DNA of 64,000 nt, taken from a virus. The stretch is taken from positions 1 to 64,000 of the IMG/VR virus record IMGVR_UViG_3300025718_000001, one strand, 5' to 3'. A model generated the notes under the pieces. It saw only the letters and a program-made list of their open reading frames with translations, was not told the DNA's origin and did no database searches. The position numbers and the translations under genes were made by a program. Below are positions 52,403 to 61,558 of the stretch, in pieces (position 1 is the stretch's first letter; each line of letters begins with the position of its first letter).

Positions 52403-52578
52403 TTCACACATAATATCCCATTCCCCTGAGTATGTAATAAGAAAAGTTCTTCCAAATAGTTTTGGTCTACCAATACAAAACCTTGGATAACTACCCACTT
52501 AAAGTATCCCTTCATGCCATACAGCGACACCACCTTTTCTTCCCCATCCATAATAATCGTGCTTGGATAATCTGACAT
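52399..52578 (-). CDS. 59-aa hypothetical protein
   Basis: ATG follows GAGGAGG plus 8 nt. Its stop overlaps the HNH start. Confidence 0.45.
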   Translation of the reverse strand: MSDYPSTIIMDGEEKVVSLYGMKGYFKWVVIQGFVLVDQNYLEELFLLHTQGNGILCVK

Positions 52579-52709
52579 CGCGAAAACCTCCTCATTTTCG
52601 CCCTATCCAAAAGAGATTCGCCATGTTAAAATAGAAGGCGAAATAGTTCTCTTTGGAGGGCCGTTTGTTTTGGGATACTCTTGCTCTTGGTCGGGTGGGG
52701 AGTATCCCT

Positions 52710-52886
52710 TTAATTTTTACCTTTTTCCTCTAACCACTTTTGAACTTTTACCTTTTCGTACCTGACTGTGTTACCGAACCTGACAAAGGGAAGCCCGAGT
52801 CTACGCCAGTTATTTGCCGTATTCTTACTAATTTTTAACCACTGACATAATTCTTCGGTTGTGATATATTCATCTTTGATTACCAA
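52710..52886 (-). CDS. excisionase/AlpA-like HTH protein (58 aa)
   Basis: TTG start follows AAGGGG. ITTEELCQWLKISKNTANNWRRLGLPFVRFGNTVRY. Confidence 0.5.
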   Translation of the reverse strand: MVIKDEYITTEELCQWLKISKNTANNWRRLGLPFVRFGNTVRYEKVKVQKWLEEKGKN

Positions 52887-52964
52887 TCACCCCTTTATAT
52901 GGTAATTATATATCACAACTTATCACAAGTCAACATATATAATACAAGGGAGGAAGTGTGAGTA

Positions 52965-53207
52965 ATGACTGACTTAGAGAAATCCAGAATGTTTTGGGAA
53001 AAAGTAATCGCGACTACAGTAGTTCTAATGTTCATAGGAATGGCTATTTTTCTTTATTCGTTAACTATGAAATTGATGAGTTGGGGGATAGATGTAGGTC
53101 CAATCACGGGGGTATTGCTTCAAATAATATTCATGGGGTTCATTGCGTATCTAAATAATAGTTTTAGGGAAGAATTAGACAGACGGCTACCATCACCAAG
53201 GAACTAG
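52965..53207 (+). CDS. small multi-TM membrane protein (80 aa), moron-like
   Basis: ATG follows GGGAGGAAG. Has its own terminator and opposite orientation to its neighbours. Confidence 0.6.
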   Translation: MTDLEKSRMFWEKVIATTVVLMFIGMAIFLYSLTMKLMSWGIDVGPITGVLLQIIFMGFIAYLNNSFREELDRRLPSPRN

Positions 53208-53232
53208 GAGCAGGAATTAACCTGCTCTTTTG
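53208..53232 (+). terminator. intrinsic terminator
   Basis: GAGCAGG-aattaa-CCTGCTC followed by TTTTG. Confidence 0.55.
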
Positions 53233-56200
53233 TTATTTCAAGAACAATTTCTTTGAGTTATTTTCCACGGATTGCATTAATTTAGGGGTATCGGCAGAGA
53301 CGGCTTTATTTGTAAGGATTAACATTTGGTCCTTAATGATCTTAATCTTGTCATCCTTCAAGGGGTCCGAACTAGATTGAATCTTATTAATCAACTTGGT
53401 CCCTCGACTTAACGCCGTACCCACCCCATTCATGGAGTTCCTCATATCTTCCTCTGGAGTTAGCTTTTTACCCGGTATCTTTTCGATGATATTCTTATCT
53501 ACTGCTGCCGCCGAAAGTTTATTGAGTTTGTCGTAATAGTCAGTCGTAGCCTGGTTACTAAATGTCGGGTCTGCCGTAAATTGTGTCTTCATAGCCTTTA
53601 ACGGGCTACCCCCTGGTACAAGTAGTGGTATCCCGATTTGGCCAATTACCCCGCTGTATGACTTAACTAGGTAATCAAGTATCTTCGGAGACAGTCCGCC
53701 CGGAAGACCGGGTACATTGGTTGTCAATTCTCCAATAGTCTTAGCAACAGAGGAAGTCTTGTCATCGTATTGTAGATAGTTAGAACGTTTGTCCATGAGC
53801 ATCCCTTGGGGAACTATTGCACGATTAGCGAAATCTTTATTCTTTCCGATATCGATAGCGGGGGTAATTAAACTACTTTCCAGAGGATTAGCCGGAGCGA
53901 AATTAGTTGCCACAGAATTACTAAATCCAGAAAATGAATTTTTCTGCCCCTCCGCTGCCCTCAAACCTCTCTCAAATAACGATCCAAACAACACGCCAAG
54001 TTCTCTGGATTTAGGAACTTTCCAGAATTCACCGTTACCCTTTGGTATAAGGAAGTAAGCATCTTTGGTTCTATTATCTAATGCCTGATAATTTGGGTCG
54101 TCCTTATTTACCATGTAAAGTGCAAGGTCGGGAGCAGTAATAGCAACGCCAGATTTAACGATTGTTGCGACTGCCGTCTTAGGGGAAAGGAATCCTCTAA
54201 AGAATTTGTCTAGTCCTTGGAAGCTCGCATTTACATACATTCCACCCATTTTATCAATATTCTTTGTGACATTTCCACCCCTAGAGAAATTAACGGTTAC
54301 ATCATTGGCGGCAAATAATGCCTTTGTCACATCACCCGTTTTATCAAGAACGCGATTAAACTCGGCAAGTCGGGGAGCCGCCTCAGTGAGATTATTAAAT
54401 CTTTCAATAGCCTTCAAGGGCTTTAGTGCTATATTCTTAATGGGGTTTATTTTTCCTGTCAATTCTGTCGCTGACTTAGTCACATCGCCAGACTTGAAGA
54501 AATTAGCACCACCACCACCGACCGCTTGGTATTTTTGTAATCGTGGGCTATTGGTCAATATGTCCTTACCCGCCCCAACGAGACCACTTGTAAACTTTAA
54601 GGGATTACTCTCGCTACCATAAGCGTAGGCGGTAGGGATATCTCTTGCGATATTACGTATTGCGAACAGGGGATTCTTCTGTGTGATCAATCCCTTGATG
54701 CCGTTAGTAACCGCCGTTAGAACGGGAACACTATTTATGCTTTTAGGCAACCCGTTCATGGCATCAAGTAACATCCTGTCGTTAATTTGTAAATATTGAG
54801 CTTTTCCATCCACAAGAACAGAGATAACATTATCCGTATTGGCGGTCATTCCATCCTTAACAGGGATAACTTCTGCAAATTGTTTCATCTTTTCAGGGCT
54901 ACTCTTAACAGCATCAAGTAGACTTTGCCCGACTTCGTTATACTTGGCTGTTCGGACAACCTTGCTAACTAGATTCATAATGTTTTCAATAGGGTCAATA
55001 ATGTCTCGTTCTGATCCAGTTGCCTTACGAATTGGAGTTCGTTGGTCTGCAAACTTAGAAGCTACTCCATCTGGTATGGCGCTCTCTAGTGTACTGAAAT
55101 CCCGCTGAGTGGGGAAATAAGACTTATAAGTTTGGCGCAAACTGGCGTATATGTCTTTATTAACGATACCAGTATCCACGCCCCACGTAGTCATGAAATC
55201 ATCTAACCACTTAACGATGCCATCCCCTACCGCTTTATATTCAGGATGCGCTTGTTCCGCAATTTTAACCGCATCTTCCGACATGCTAGGAGTGTAGTTT
55301 GCTTGAACGGGAGTAGGCTTTTTGGTGACCACTTTGTTCATAATCGGATTACCGTACTTATCATTGACAGTGAATCCCTGCTTATCTGTTTTAGGTACCA
55401 TATTGAATTCTTCCCTGGCTCTGTCGATATTATGGCGCTGTGACATGTACGTCCAAAATTCTTCCTCTTGGCCTTTTGGGATTGCTTCTACAGTTTTCTT
55501 TAGCGAATCGCCAACAACGTCACCATTCTTATCAACCATTGAGGTTAAAAAGTTATGATCTACAATGCCGCTAACGCTCTTTGTGTTACTTGCCAATTTA
55601 CCAACATCTGAACCAGCAATTTTCCCAACATCATAAATAGGCTGTTGGGTATTGACTACTTTTACATAAAACTTTTTCAAAGCGTCCTTAAAGGTGATCT
55701 TATCCTTTGGTTTTCCAATTATAATTTTACTTTGTGGTTCAGGTAATTCATCAGGTCGGTTAGCATCTGTCCTAATATTTTCAGATACGCCTCTTTCTTT
55801 TAGTCCTGCCGGAATACTTGGCTCCGATCCGATAACACTTTGAGGTACAGCATTCTGTGAGAACTTTTGAAGATCCATCCCTAGTAACGTTCTAATCTCT
55901 TCCTCGTTAGAAAGCTTACTGATATCAAGTTTACCTGATTGGATGTCCTTTTTCATAATCTCTAGGGTAAAAGGAGGTTGTTCTCCTTTGGCAAATAACT
56001 CCTTACTGACGCTTTGCCAGAACACCTTAGTATCTTTCGGCAATGGAGTTGGGCTCCTTAACGGAGTAGAATCATACCTAATCTCACTCAAAGGAACCCC
56101 CGAATTACTACCCTTAATCGTTACATAATCCACGCCATTATGATTGCCAGCATAGCCCGTCACTTCTACAGGTTGGTCAACATCTTTATTGGCCCATGTT

Positions 56201-58008
56201 GCTTTGCCCGTTTGAACATTTGGAGTGTTAGCAGAATCCCCAACCTTGGTAATTTCCGCATTAGGAGATTTCAAAGGAGCCTTTTCCCTCCCCTTCAATG
56301 CATCAGTTAACGTCTGTTCGGCAGAAATAGGTTTAAGTGGAGTAGCACCCCTTAACGGCTTAACGGGACTAAATGGAGCATCCACGGGAGGAAGACTACC
56401 CGATAACGTCAATCGTTGTGGTTGAATCGGCAATGGTTCGAGTTTTGGCGTTAGTTCGCGGGGTTTGAGCTTAGGAATAACGTCAAGCGTTCTCTTCCCC
56501 GGTAACTGTGCCTTTAACGTATCCAACAAACTACTATTCGCTTGATACTCAGGGTCCTTACTAGCCATCGTAAGGGCTTCCTTAGCGTAATCCTTCGGAA
56601 CAAATTTAGAGTCGCTTACAGCCTTAAGCAGATCGTCTGAGGTCATTTTTAACTCATCAGCCATCTGATCCAATGGCATCCCGGTAGTGTCATTTCTTAT
56701 CCAGTTTGGAATGACTCTTTTCTCTTCGAATATCCCATCATTAGCTTGACGAATGCCGCCTTTATCAAAAATAGCTTTGCGAATCGTTCCGATAGGAGTC
56801 TGTTCGTCAGCTTGCTTAATCATGGTTTCGTAGCCTTTGAGTTGGTTGTCCAATTGAGCGCTTATCTCATCTACATTGTTTTGAAGGTCTGTACTTTTCT
56901 TAAAGCTCTGCAAAGGCTTACCGAACGCATCCAAGCCTTGATAATCGCCTACAGGCTTACCAATACCCATGCTGGTATCAATGCCATCCTGCAAGGTTCT
57001 AGTGGCAAGGGGAGTGGTTGTAGTGCCTATAGGAGCATCCTTAAATAAGCTATTTAATTCAGCTTGTTTTGCCTTATACTCAGGAGTAAGAGTATCGCTT
57101 AACTTCAATGGTCCTAAGTCTGCTCCACGTTGAAATGAGCGAACGGGGGGTATAAGGGATTGTGGAGGTCCGAACGGTTCAGCAGGTACACCGAGGGGTT
57201 TGATTAAACTCTTAGTAGCCCCTACGCCTTCCCCTATCCCCTTGAATAATCCCCTAGTTGCTACGCCACCTAGCGCAACCATCGGCAATTGCTTTTCCTT
57301 ATCAATAAGGTCCTGTAGGTTTCCTCCTTGCTGAATAGTTTCTACAGGCGCAACGATTCCCCCATATGTCCCAGCATCCATCAACCCACCCTTAACAATA
57401 CCAGGAAGCTTAGAACCCACCTTCTCAGCCGTTGAAGCAAGGGCAGGGACTAGTTTACCTAACGACTTGCCCAACGTCCCTAAAGCCCCCTCCCCTGCCG
57501 CCCACAATGGTATGGAGGGGATCATTTCACCTAACTGTGCAGGAAGAGAATTAACAGGATTAGCATCTAAATACGCATTGCGCTTTTGATCATTAATTAA
57601 TGTCTGTCTACCGAATTGCCCTAAGACACCCGGATCAGTGGCATGAGCATTCGCCATATAGGTATCCATTTTCGATGAACCCGTATTGGCTAATCCATGC
57701 TCTAGTCCTAGAATTGCCTGATTACCCAAGCCCTTAAGGTCGAATGCTTTTATTTGGTCCCATGTTGAAGGTTGTGGAACTTGCGGAGCGGAAACACTAG
57801 CGTTGTTAGGCTGTTGTTGCGTTGTTGTGTCTAAGGAAAAGTTAGGCATTGTGTTAGAATCTTCTTGTCTTCTCCAATCTGCCGTAGACGAAGGAGGATT
57901 GAATATCGCTTGTCGTTCCGCTGCGTATCTGGATGATGGGGATGAGGCTGTACCTCCTACGGTTACTGTAACGCCCATCTGTTGCCTTTCGGCATCGTAT
58001 CTTCCCAT
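53233..58008 (-). CDS. giant virion-associated protein (1591 aa), function unknown; possibly an internal/ejection protein
   Basis: Longest ORF in the window. Follows the SLT-domain protein. No long coiled coil was noticed by eye. Confidence 0.4.
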   Translation of the reverse strand: MGRYDAERQQMGVTVTVGGTASSPSSRYAAERQAIFNPPSSTADWRRQEDSNTMPNFSLDTTTQQQPNNASVSAPQVPQPSTWDQIKAFDLKGLGNQAILGLEHGLANTGSSKMDTYMANAHATDPGVLGQFGRQTLINDQKRNAYLDANPVNSLPAQLGEMIPSIPLWAAGEGALGTLGKSLGKLVPALASTAEKVGSKLPGIVKGGLMDAGTYGGIVAPVETIQQGGNLQDLIDKEKQLPMVALGGVATRGLFKGIGEGVGATKSLIKPLGVPAEPFGPPQSLIPPVRSFQRGADLGPLKLSDTLTPEYKAKQAELNSLFKDAPIGTTTTPLATRTLQDGIDTSMGIGKPVGDYQGLDAFGKPLQSFKKSTDLQNNVDEISAQLDNQLKGYETMIKQADEQTPIGTIRKAIFDKGGIRQANDGIFEEKRVIPNWIRNDTTGMPLDQMADELKMTSDDLLKAVSDSKFVPKDYAKEALTMASKDPEYQANSSLLDTLKAQLPGKRTLDVIPKLKPRELTPKLEPLPIQPQRLTLSGSLPPVDAPFSPVKPLRGATPLKPISAEQTLTDALKGREKAPLKSPNAEITKVGDSANTPNVQTGKATWANKDVDQPVEVTGYAGNHNGVDYVTIKGSNSGVPLSEIRYDSTPLRSPTPLPKDTKVFWQSVSKELFAKGEQPPFTLEIMKKDIQSGKLDISKLSNEEEIRTLLGMDLQKFSQNAVPQSVIGSEPSIPAGLKERGVSENIRTDANRPDELPEPQSKIIIGKPKDKITFKDALKKFYVKVVNTQQPIYDVGKIAGSDVGKLASNTKSVSGIVDHNFLTSMVDKNGDVVGDSLKKTVEAIPKGQEEEFWTYMSQRHNIDRAREEFNMVPKTDKQGFTVNDKYGNPIMNKVVTKKPTPVQANYTPSMSEDAVKIAEQAHPEYKAVGDGIVKWLDDFMTTWGVDTGIVNKDIYASLRQTYKSYFPTQRDFSTLESAIPDGVASKFADQRTPIRKATGSERDIIDPIENIMNLVSKVVRTAKYNEVGQSLLDAVKSSPEKMKQFAEVIPVKDGMTANTDNVISVLVDGKAQYLQINDRMLLDAMNGLPKSINSVPVLTAVTNGIKGLITQKNPLFAIRNIARDIPTAYAYGSESNPLKFTSGLVGAGKDILTNSPRLQKYQAVGGGGANFFKSGDVTKSATELTGKINPIKNIALKPLKAIERFNNLTEAAPRLAEFNRVLDKTGDVTKALFAANDVTVNFSRGGNVTKNIDKMGGMYVNASFQGLDKFFRGFLSPKTAVATIVKSGVAITAPDLALYMVNKDDPNYQALDNRTKDAYFLIPKGNGEFWKVPKSRELGVLFGSLFERGLRAAEGQKNSFSGFSNSVATNFAPANPLESSLITPAIDIGKNKDFANRAIVPQGMLMDKRSNYLQYDDKTSSVAKTIGELTTNVPGLPGGLSPKILDYLVKSYSGVIGQIGIPLLVPGGSPLKAMKTQFTADPTFSNQATTDYYDKLNKLSAAAVDKNIIEKIPGKKLTPEEDMRNSMNGVGTALSRGTKLINKIQSSSDPLKDDKIKIIKDQMLILTNKAVSADTPKLMQSVENNSKKLFLK

Positions 58009-58022
58009 AACCTCCCTCCTTT

Positions 58023-59489
58023 TTATTTATTAACTGGCAATCCATAATAAAGCAATAATTGATCAGTTTCCTGGTCTGATAGTCCCTGCCCAATGATAGC
58101 TGTTCTTAATTGTGATTTTGTGTCAGGGTTTACACTCGTAACCCCATCACTATCCTTCGTTGTGTATAAAGTATTGAGTCTACCGACTAACTCGTTAGTA
58201 TTAATCTTGTCTGTTGGCTTAGTCCCTATCGTTTTTGTTCCTTCGCTTATTGTGTAATTCTTCGATTTATCAAGAACCCTCTGCAGATATTCAGGAGTCC
58301 CTTCTCCATACCCCATGATACCCTTATTCAAGTCTCCACCTGCCCATTGAATACGTTTAGCAAGATAAGCTGCGGCCCCATAAATAGATGACTTAGCGTC
58401 CGTCCTATTGACCCCTTCTTCATCTCCTGTTTTCGCTAAAAATTGCCCTAATCCTGTCGCTCCTGATACCTTATTAACATTATTGGGGTCCCAGCTTGAT
58501 TCCGCTTCAATAAGCCCAGCAAGGATAGCGGGAGGTATGCCGTTCTTAGCGGCCGCATCATTTACCCATCCGCTATATTCTGCTGGCATACTGCCACCGC
58601 TAACCGTTCCTCCACCTGTCCTAGTGATTCCTGCCGCTAATTCGTTGTTGTCTGCATTCTGCTGATCAATAGCCCGATTAGCAGCACTATTAGCATAGTT
58701 ATACGCCAACGTCCTGCCGAACTCATCCTTGCCATTATTAAACGTCTTATCAAATTGATTCGCTTGAATAGCCTGAGCTTGCTTCGACAACGTATCTTGT
58801 CCTTTGTAATTCCCCATTAAATTGCCGACGTTATACTCATTGCTGAATTTATCTTGAGCTACGCCATGATCAAACGTCTTTTGTGCAAGATTATTAGATA
58901 TAGCATTCTGCGCCTGAGCGTTCTCCATATCTAACCTAGCACCCGTAGGCATACCCATTGCCGCATCAACCCTTGGCGCATAATTAGCGGCTATTGCAGC
59001 CTTAATCTGAGAAGATAAATCTCCCTTATAGTTATCAAGCGCGGCCGAGGTATCGGCAGAAGTATTTCCGAAGACTCTTTGCCCACCATTGAGCATTGCA
59101 TCCGTTACGCCTGTGCCTTGCCCGCCCAAAAATACATCTTGCGGTGTCATTTGAGTTTTGCCTGGTTCAAATAAATTCACTGCCTGTTTGCCAGCATTAG
59201 CGTCAATATCAGCCTGTAAGCCATATATGCGCGGTGCGGCACCTGCTATAGCAGACTTAACCGAAGTTGAGGTATCTTTAAGATAACCGTCCAGTGCCTG
59301 AGCCGTATGATCCGAAGTATCCCCGAACACCCTCGTAACTCCCTGCCCTAACATTGCATCCGTCACGCCTGTTCCCGGACCACCGAGAAATACATCGCCA
59401 CTAGTAAGTTGAGTTTTGCCAGGTTCGTATAAGGAAACTCCCTTATTTTGATTCTTTTCCACATCAGCCTGTAATCCGTATATCGCCAT
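58023..59489 (-). CDS. virion protein with a lytic transglycosylase (SLT) domain
   Basis: IPPAILAGLIEAESSWDPNNVNKVSGATGLGQF. The N-terminus holds a tandem ~85-aa duplication. Confidence 0.7.
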   Translation of the reverse strand: MAIYGLQADVEKNQNKGVSLYEPGKTQLTSGDVFLGGPGTGVTDAMLGQGVTRVFGDTSDHTAQALDGYLKDTSTSVKSAIAGAAPRIYGLQADIDANAGKQAVNLFEPGKTQMTPQDVFLGGQGTGVTDAMLNGGQRVFGNTSADTSAALDNYKGDLSSQIKAAIAANYAPRVDAAMGMPTGARLDMENAQAQNAISNNLAQKTFDHGVAQDKFSNEYNVGNLMGNYKGQDTLSKQAQAIQANQFDKTFNNGKDEFGRTLAYNYANSAANRAIDQQNADNNELAAGITRTGGGTVSGGSMPAEYSGWVNDAAAKNGIPPAILAGLIEAESSWDPNNVNKVSGATGLGQFLAKTGDEEGVNRTDAKSSIYGAAAYLAKRIQWAGGDLNKGIMGYGEGTPEYLQRVLDKSKNYTISEGTKTIGTKPTDKINTNELVGRLNTLYTTKDSDGVTSVNPDTKSQLRTAIIGQGLSDQETDQLLLYYGLPVNK

Positions 59490-59510
59490 GTAATTTACCT
59501 CCTTTCCTAA

Positions 59511-60362
59511 TTATTTAGGGTAATACGATCTAACCCCATTTGCACTTGTAAAACTGTATCCGTTAGCTGATTCCGTCACATTTGTAGCGTTAGGAAAAAT
59601 TGCCGCAATCGAAGCAGGTAGCGCGGCTTGCGTAGTTGGGCTAATAGCCCCCGATGGATTATTAGCCGCCCATGCAGGGTAAAGATCAGAAACGATTTTA
59701 GGAACGTACCTCGTCAAATTGCCCGCATTAATCCCATTATTAAACGCATCCTGTGCCTGTTGTTGCCCGAAGGATCGATTCCACTGATTATCACCTACGG
59801 CATCCCTTCCATACTGATACGCCGCATTGTTGTAATTAATTGCGTTTGCCGCCTGTGCTGCCGCTATCTTATCAGCATAACTAGCGTCTAAAGATTGCCC
59901 TTGGAGATTATTGGCATTGATATTACTTGCTGTTCCAATATCGTTGGCGAGTTGTTGTGATGCTGATTCTCCGCTTTGTAGTAGCCCCATCTGAGCTAGT
60001 GCGGTTCTTATATGGTTCGCGTTAGTCATGCCTGCGGAAGATGCTTGATTATTCGCTACGGTAACTTGACCAGGAATCTTGGACCTTTCCGTATTGTACA
60101 TATTGATCGTAGAATCGAGCTGCTTACCATACGCATCCTTTAATGCAGCAAGTGCCGCAGCGTGGCTACCATCGTCATTCGATGAACTTCCTCCTGATCC
60201 ATATGAACCGGAAGAAGCCCCGCCTGTTTGAGTAAAACTAGGAGTTCCATCACTACCGTAAGATGTGGACACTCCATTAGCCTGTGCCGCCCTAGCGGCC
60301 GCTAATCTAGCGGAATTGGCGTTTGCATCACCCGATGGATTCTCGTTGTAGTAGCTTGCCAT
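59511..60362 (-). CDS. A/N/Q/G/S-rich low-complexity virion protein (283 aa)
   Basis: ORF in the virion module. Confidence 0.5.
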   Translation of the reverse strand: MASYYNENPSGDANANSARLAAARAAQANGVSTSYGSDGTPSFTQTGGASSGSYGSGGSSSNDDGSHAAALAALKDAYGKQLDSTINMYNTERSKIPGQVTVANNQASSAGMTNANHIRTALAQMGLLQSGESASQQLANDIGTASNINANNLQGQSLDASYADKIAAAQAANAINYNNAAYQYGRDAVGDNQWNRSFGQQQAQDAFNNGINAGNLTRYVPKIVSDLYPAWAANNPSGAISPTTQAALPASIAAIFPNATNVTESANGYSFTSANGVRSYYPK

Positions 60363-60431
60363 TTAGTCAACTCCTTTCAAAAAAAGGCATAAATAAAAAG
60401 GGGTTATTCCCCCTCCGTTGAGTTATTGTTA

Positions 60432-60566
60432 TTATGTTGTGTAAACCTCACCTGTGATTGTGAAGAATTGCTCTGCTGTGATTTTTCCTTTTACTACGAA
60501 TATCTTCACTTGTGCAATAGTATAATTCTTGGGGTAATTACTGGATATAAATGCGAACCAATCCAT
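60432..60566 (-). CDS. xkdX: XkdX-family protein (44 aa, below the track cutoff)
   Basis: [42 protein letters not shown] matches the XkdX pattern. TAATG junction with the upstream gene. Confidence 0.65.
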   Translation of the reverse strand: MDWFAFISSNYPKNYTIAQVKIFVVKGKITAEQFFTITGEVYTT

Positions 60567-60856
60567 TACATTAGCCCTCCCATCACTAGAGCGAGAACGA
60601 CTTGCGATTGCACATCTTTTAGTATGTCGAGTTCCGAGGGAGGCCGTGATGGTTCGGGTAGCCTTTCTGTTGGCGTAATGTCAATTAGGCTTCCGTTGCC
60701 ACTTAATTCAAGTTCAAAAAACGGTTGCGACGATAGTATCTTTTGCCCCAATTCACTAGCGTCATCAACTACAAAAACATTCTCATAGTTGCCGAAGTTT
60801 TCATTAGGACTCAGTGAATTTGTTTCTACGCTTTTTGTATTTTTATGAATAATCAT
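60566..60856 (-). CDS. hypothetical protein in the xkdW position (96 aa)
   Basis: ORF lying between a fibre-like gene and xkdX. Confidence 0.45.
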   Translation of the reverse strand: MIIHKNTKSVETNSLSPNENFGNYENVFVVDDASELGQKILSSQPFFELELSGNGSLIDITPTERLPEPSRPPSELDILKDVQSQVVLALVMGGLM

Positions 60857-60871
60857 TTACAAAAGCCCCCT

Positions 60872-61558
60872 TTATCTGAATGCGATATATCTATAGGGAT
60901 TCCAAAGTGTACCAGAGTTATTAGTAGTTAAATCCACTGTGCCCCCACCAGCATTAACGACATTGGCCACAGCAAACCCGGTTGCATTTATTTCGACAAT
61001 TTTATATTCGGTTGCTGAGACTGTCCAAGACGCAGGGAATCCATCTATGGCTAATCCTGCCGCTACATCACTATTCTGAACAGTTGTTTGTCCATATCTA
61101 TTCATTACAAGCACTGCCGACGGCCTAAACCCTATACTTATATTTCTTGAAGCACTATTATCCCCTGTGTAGGTTCCTACCACGTAAGGTTTTTCCACAG
61201 GGTGGCCTCCGCTATCCAGGGATGCTAAACCGCTTGCTTGCGCTTTTGTTCCCTTAAAGGCCGTGTAATCCACTATGTTAGTAGCAAGTCTGTCCTTGAC
61301 CTGTCCTGCCTCATTAGACAACTTATTATCATCTAATGAATTATCTGCAATACCTCCTGCCACTACGTCGATAATCTGTTGATATATCCAATTATCTGTG
61401 CCAGTAGAATTGAGTGCACCAATTAAAGCATTTAGTGCAACTCTCATTTCTTCACTTCGAGCATTCATATTTATTTTGGTTTGCGCAGGCGTCCACGATG
61501 GGTAATCTCCCAGCGTTGTATAGTCGAACGTAAAGGTATCCTTTGTTGGAAAGGTCAT
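60872..61558 (-). CDS. tail fibre / receptor-binding-like protein (228 aa)
   Basis: Position before the xkdW/X-like genes. G/T/N/S-rich C-terminal half. Confidence 0.45.
   Translation of the reverse strand: MTFPTKDTFTFDYTTLGDYPSWTPAQTKINMNARSEEMRVALNALIGALNSTGTDNWIYQQIIDVVAGGIADNSLDDNKLSNEAGQVKDRLATNIVDYTAFKGTKAQASGLASLDSGGHPVEKPYVVGTYTGDNSASRNISIGFRPSAVLVMNRYGQTTVQNSDVAAGLAIDGFPASWTVSATEYKIVEINATGFAVANVVNAGGGTVDLTTNNSGTLWNPYRYIAFR

Noticed and set aside
49512-52886. Excisionase-family HTH genes (49512-49697 and 52710-52886) as evidence for an integration/excision module
   Set aside because: No integrase or recombinase ORF is adjacent or anywhere in the window. These small MerR/AlpA-type HTH proteins are more safely called transcriptional regulators.
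53233-58008. Calling the 1591-aa ORF a tape measure protein
   Set aside because: By eye I noticed no long helical or coiled-coil repeats, and no neighbouring chaperone, frameshift or tube genes. The function is left open.
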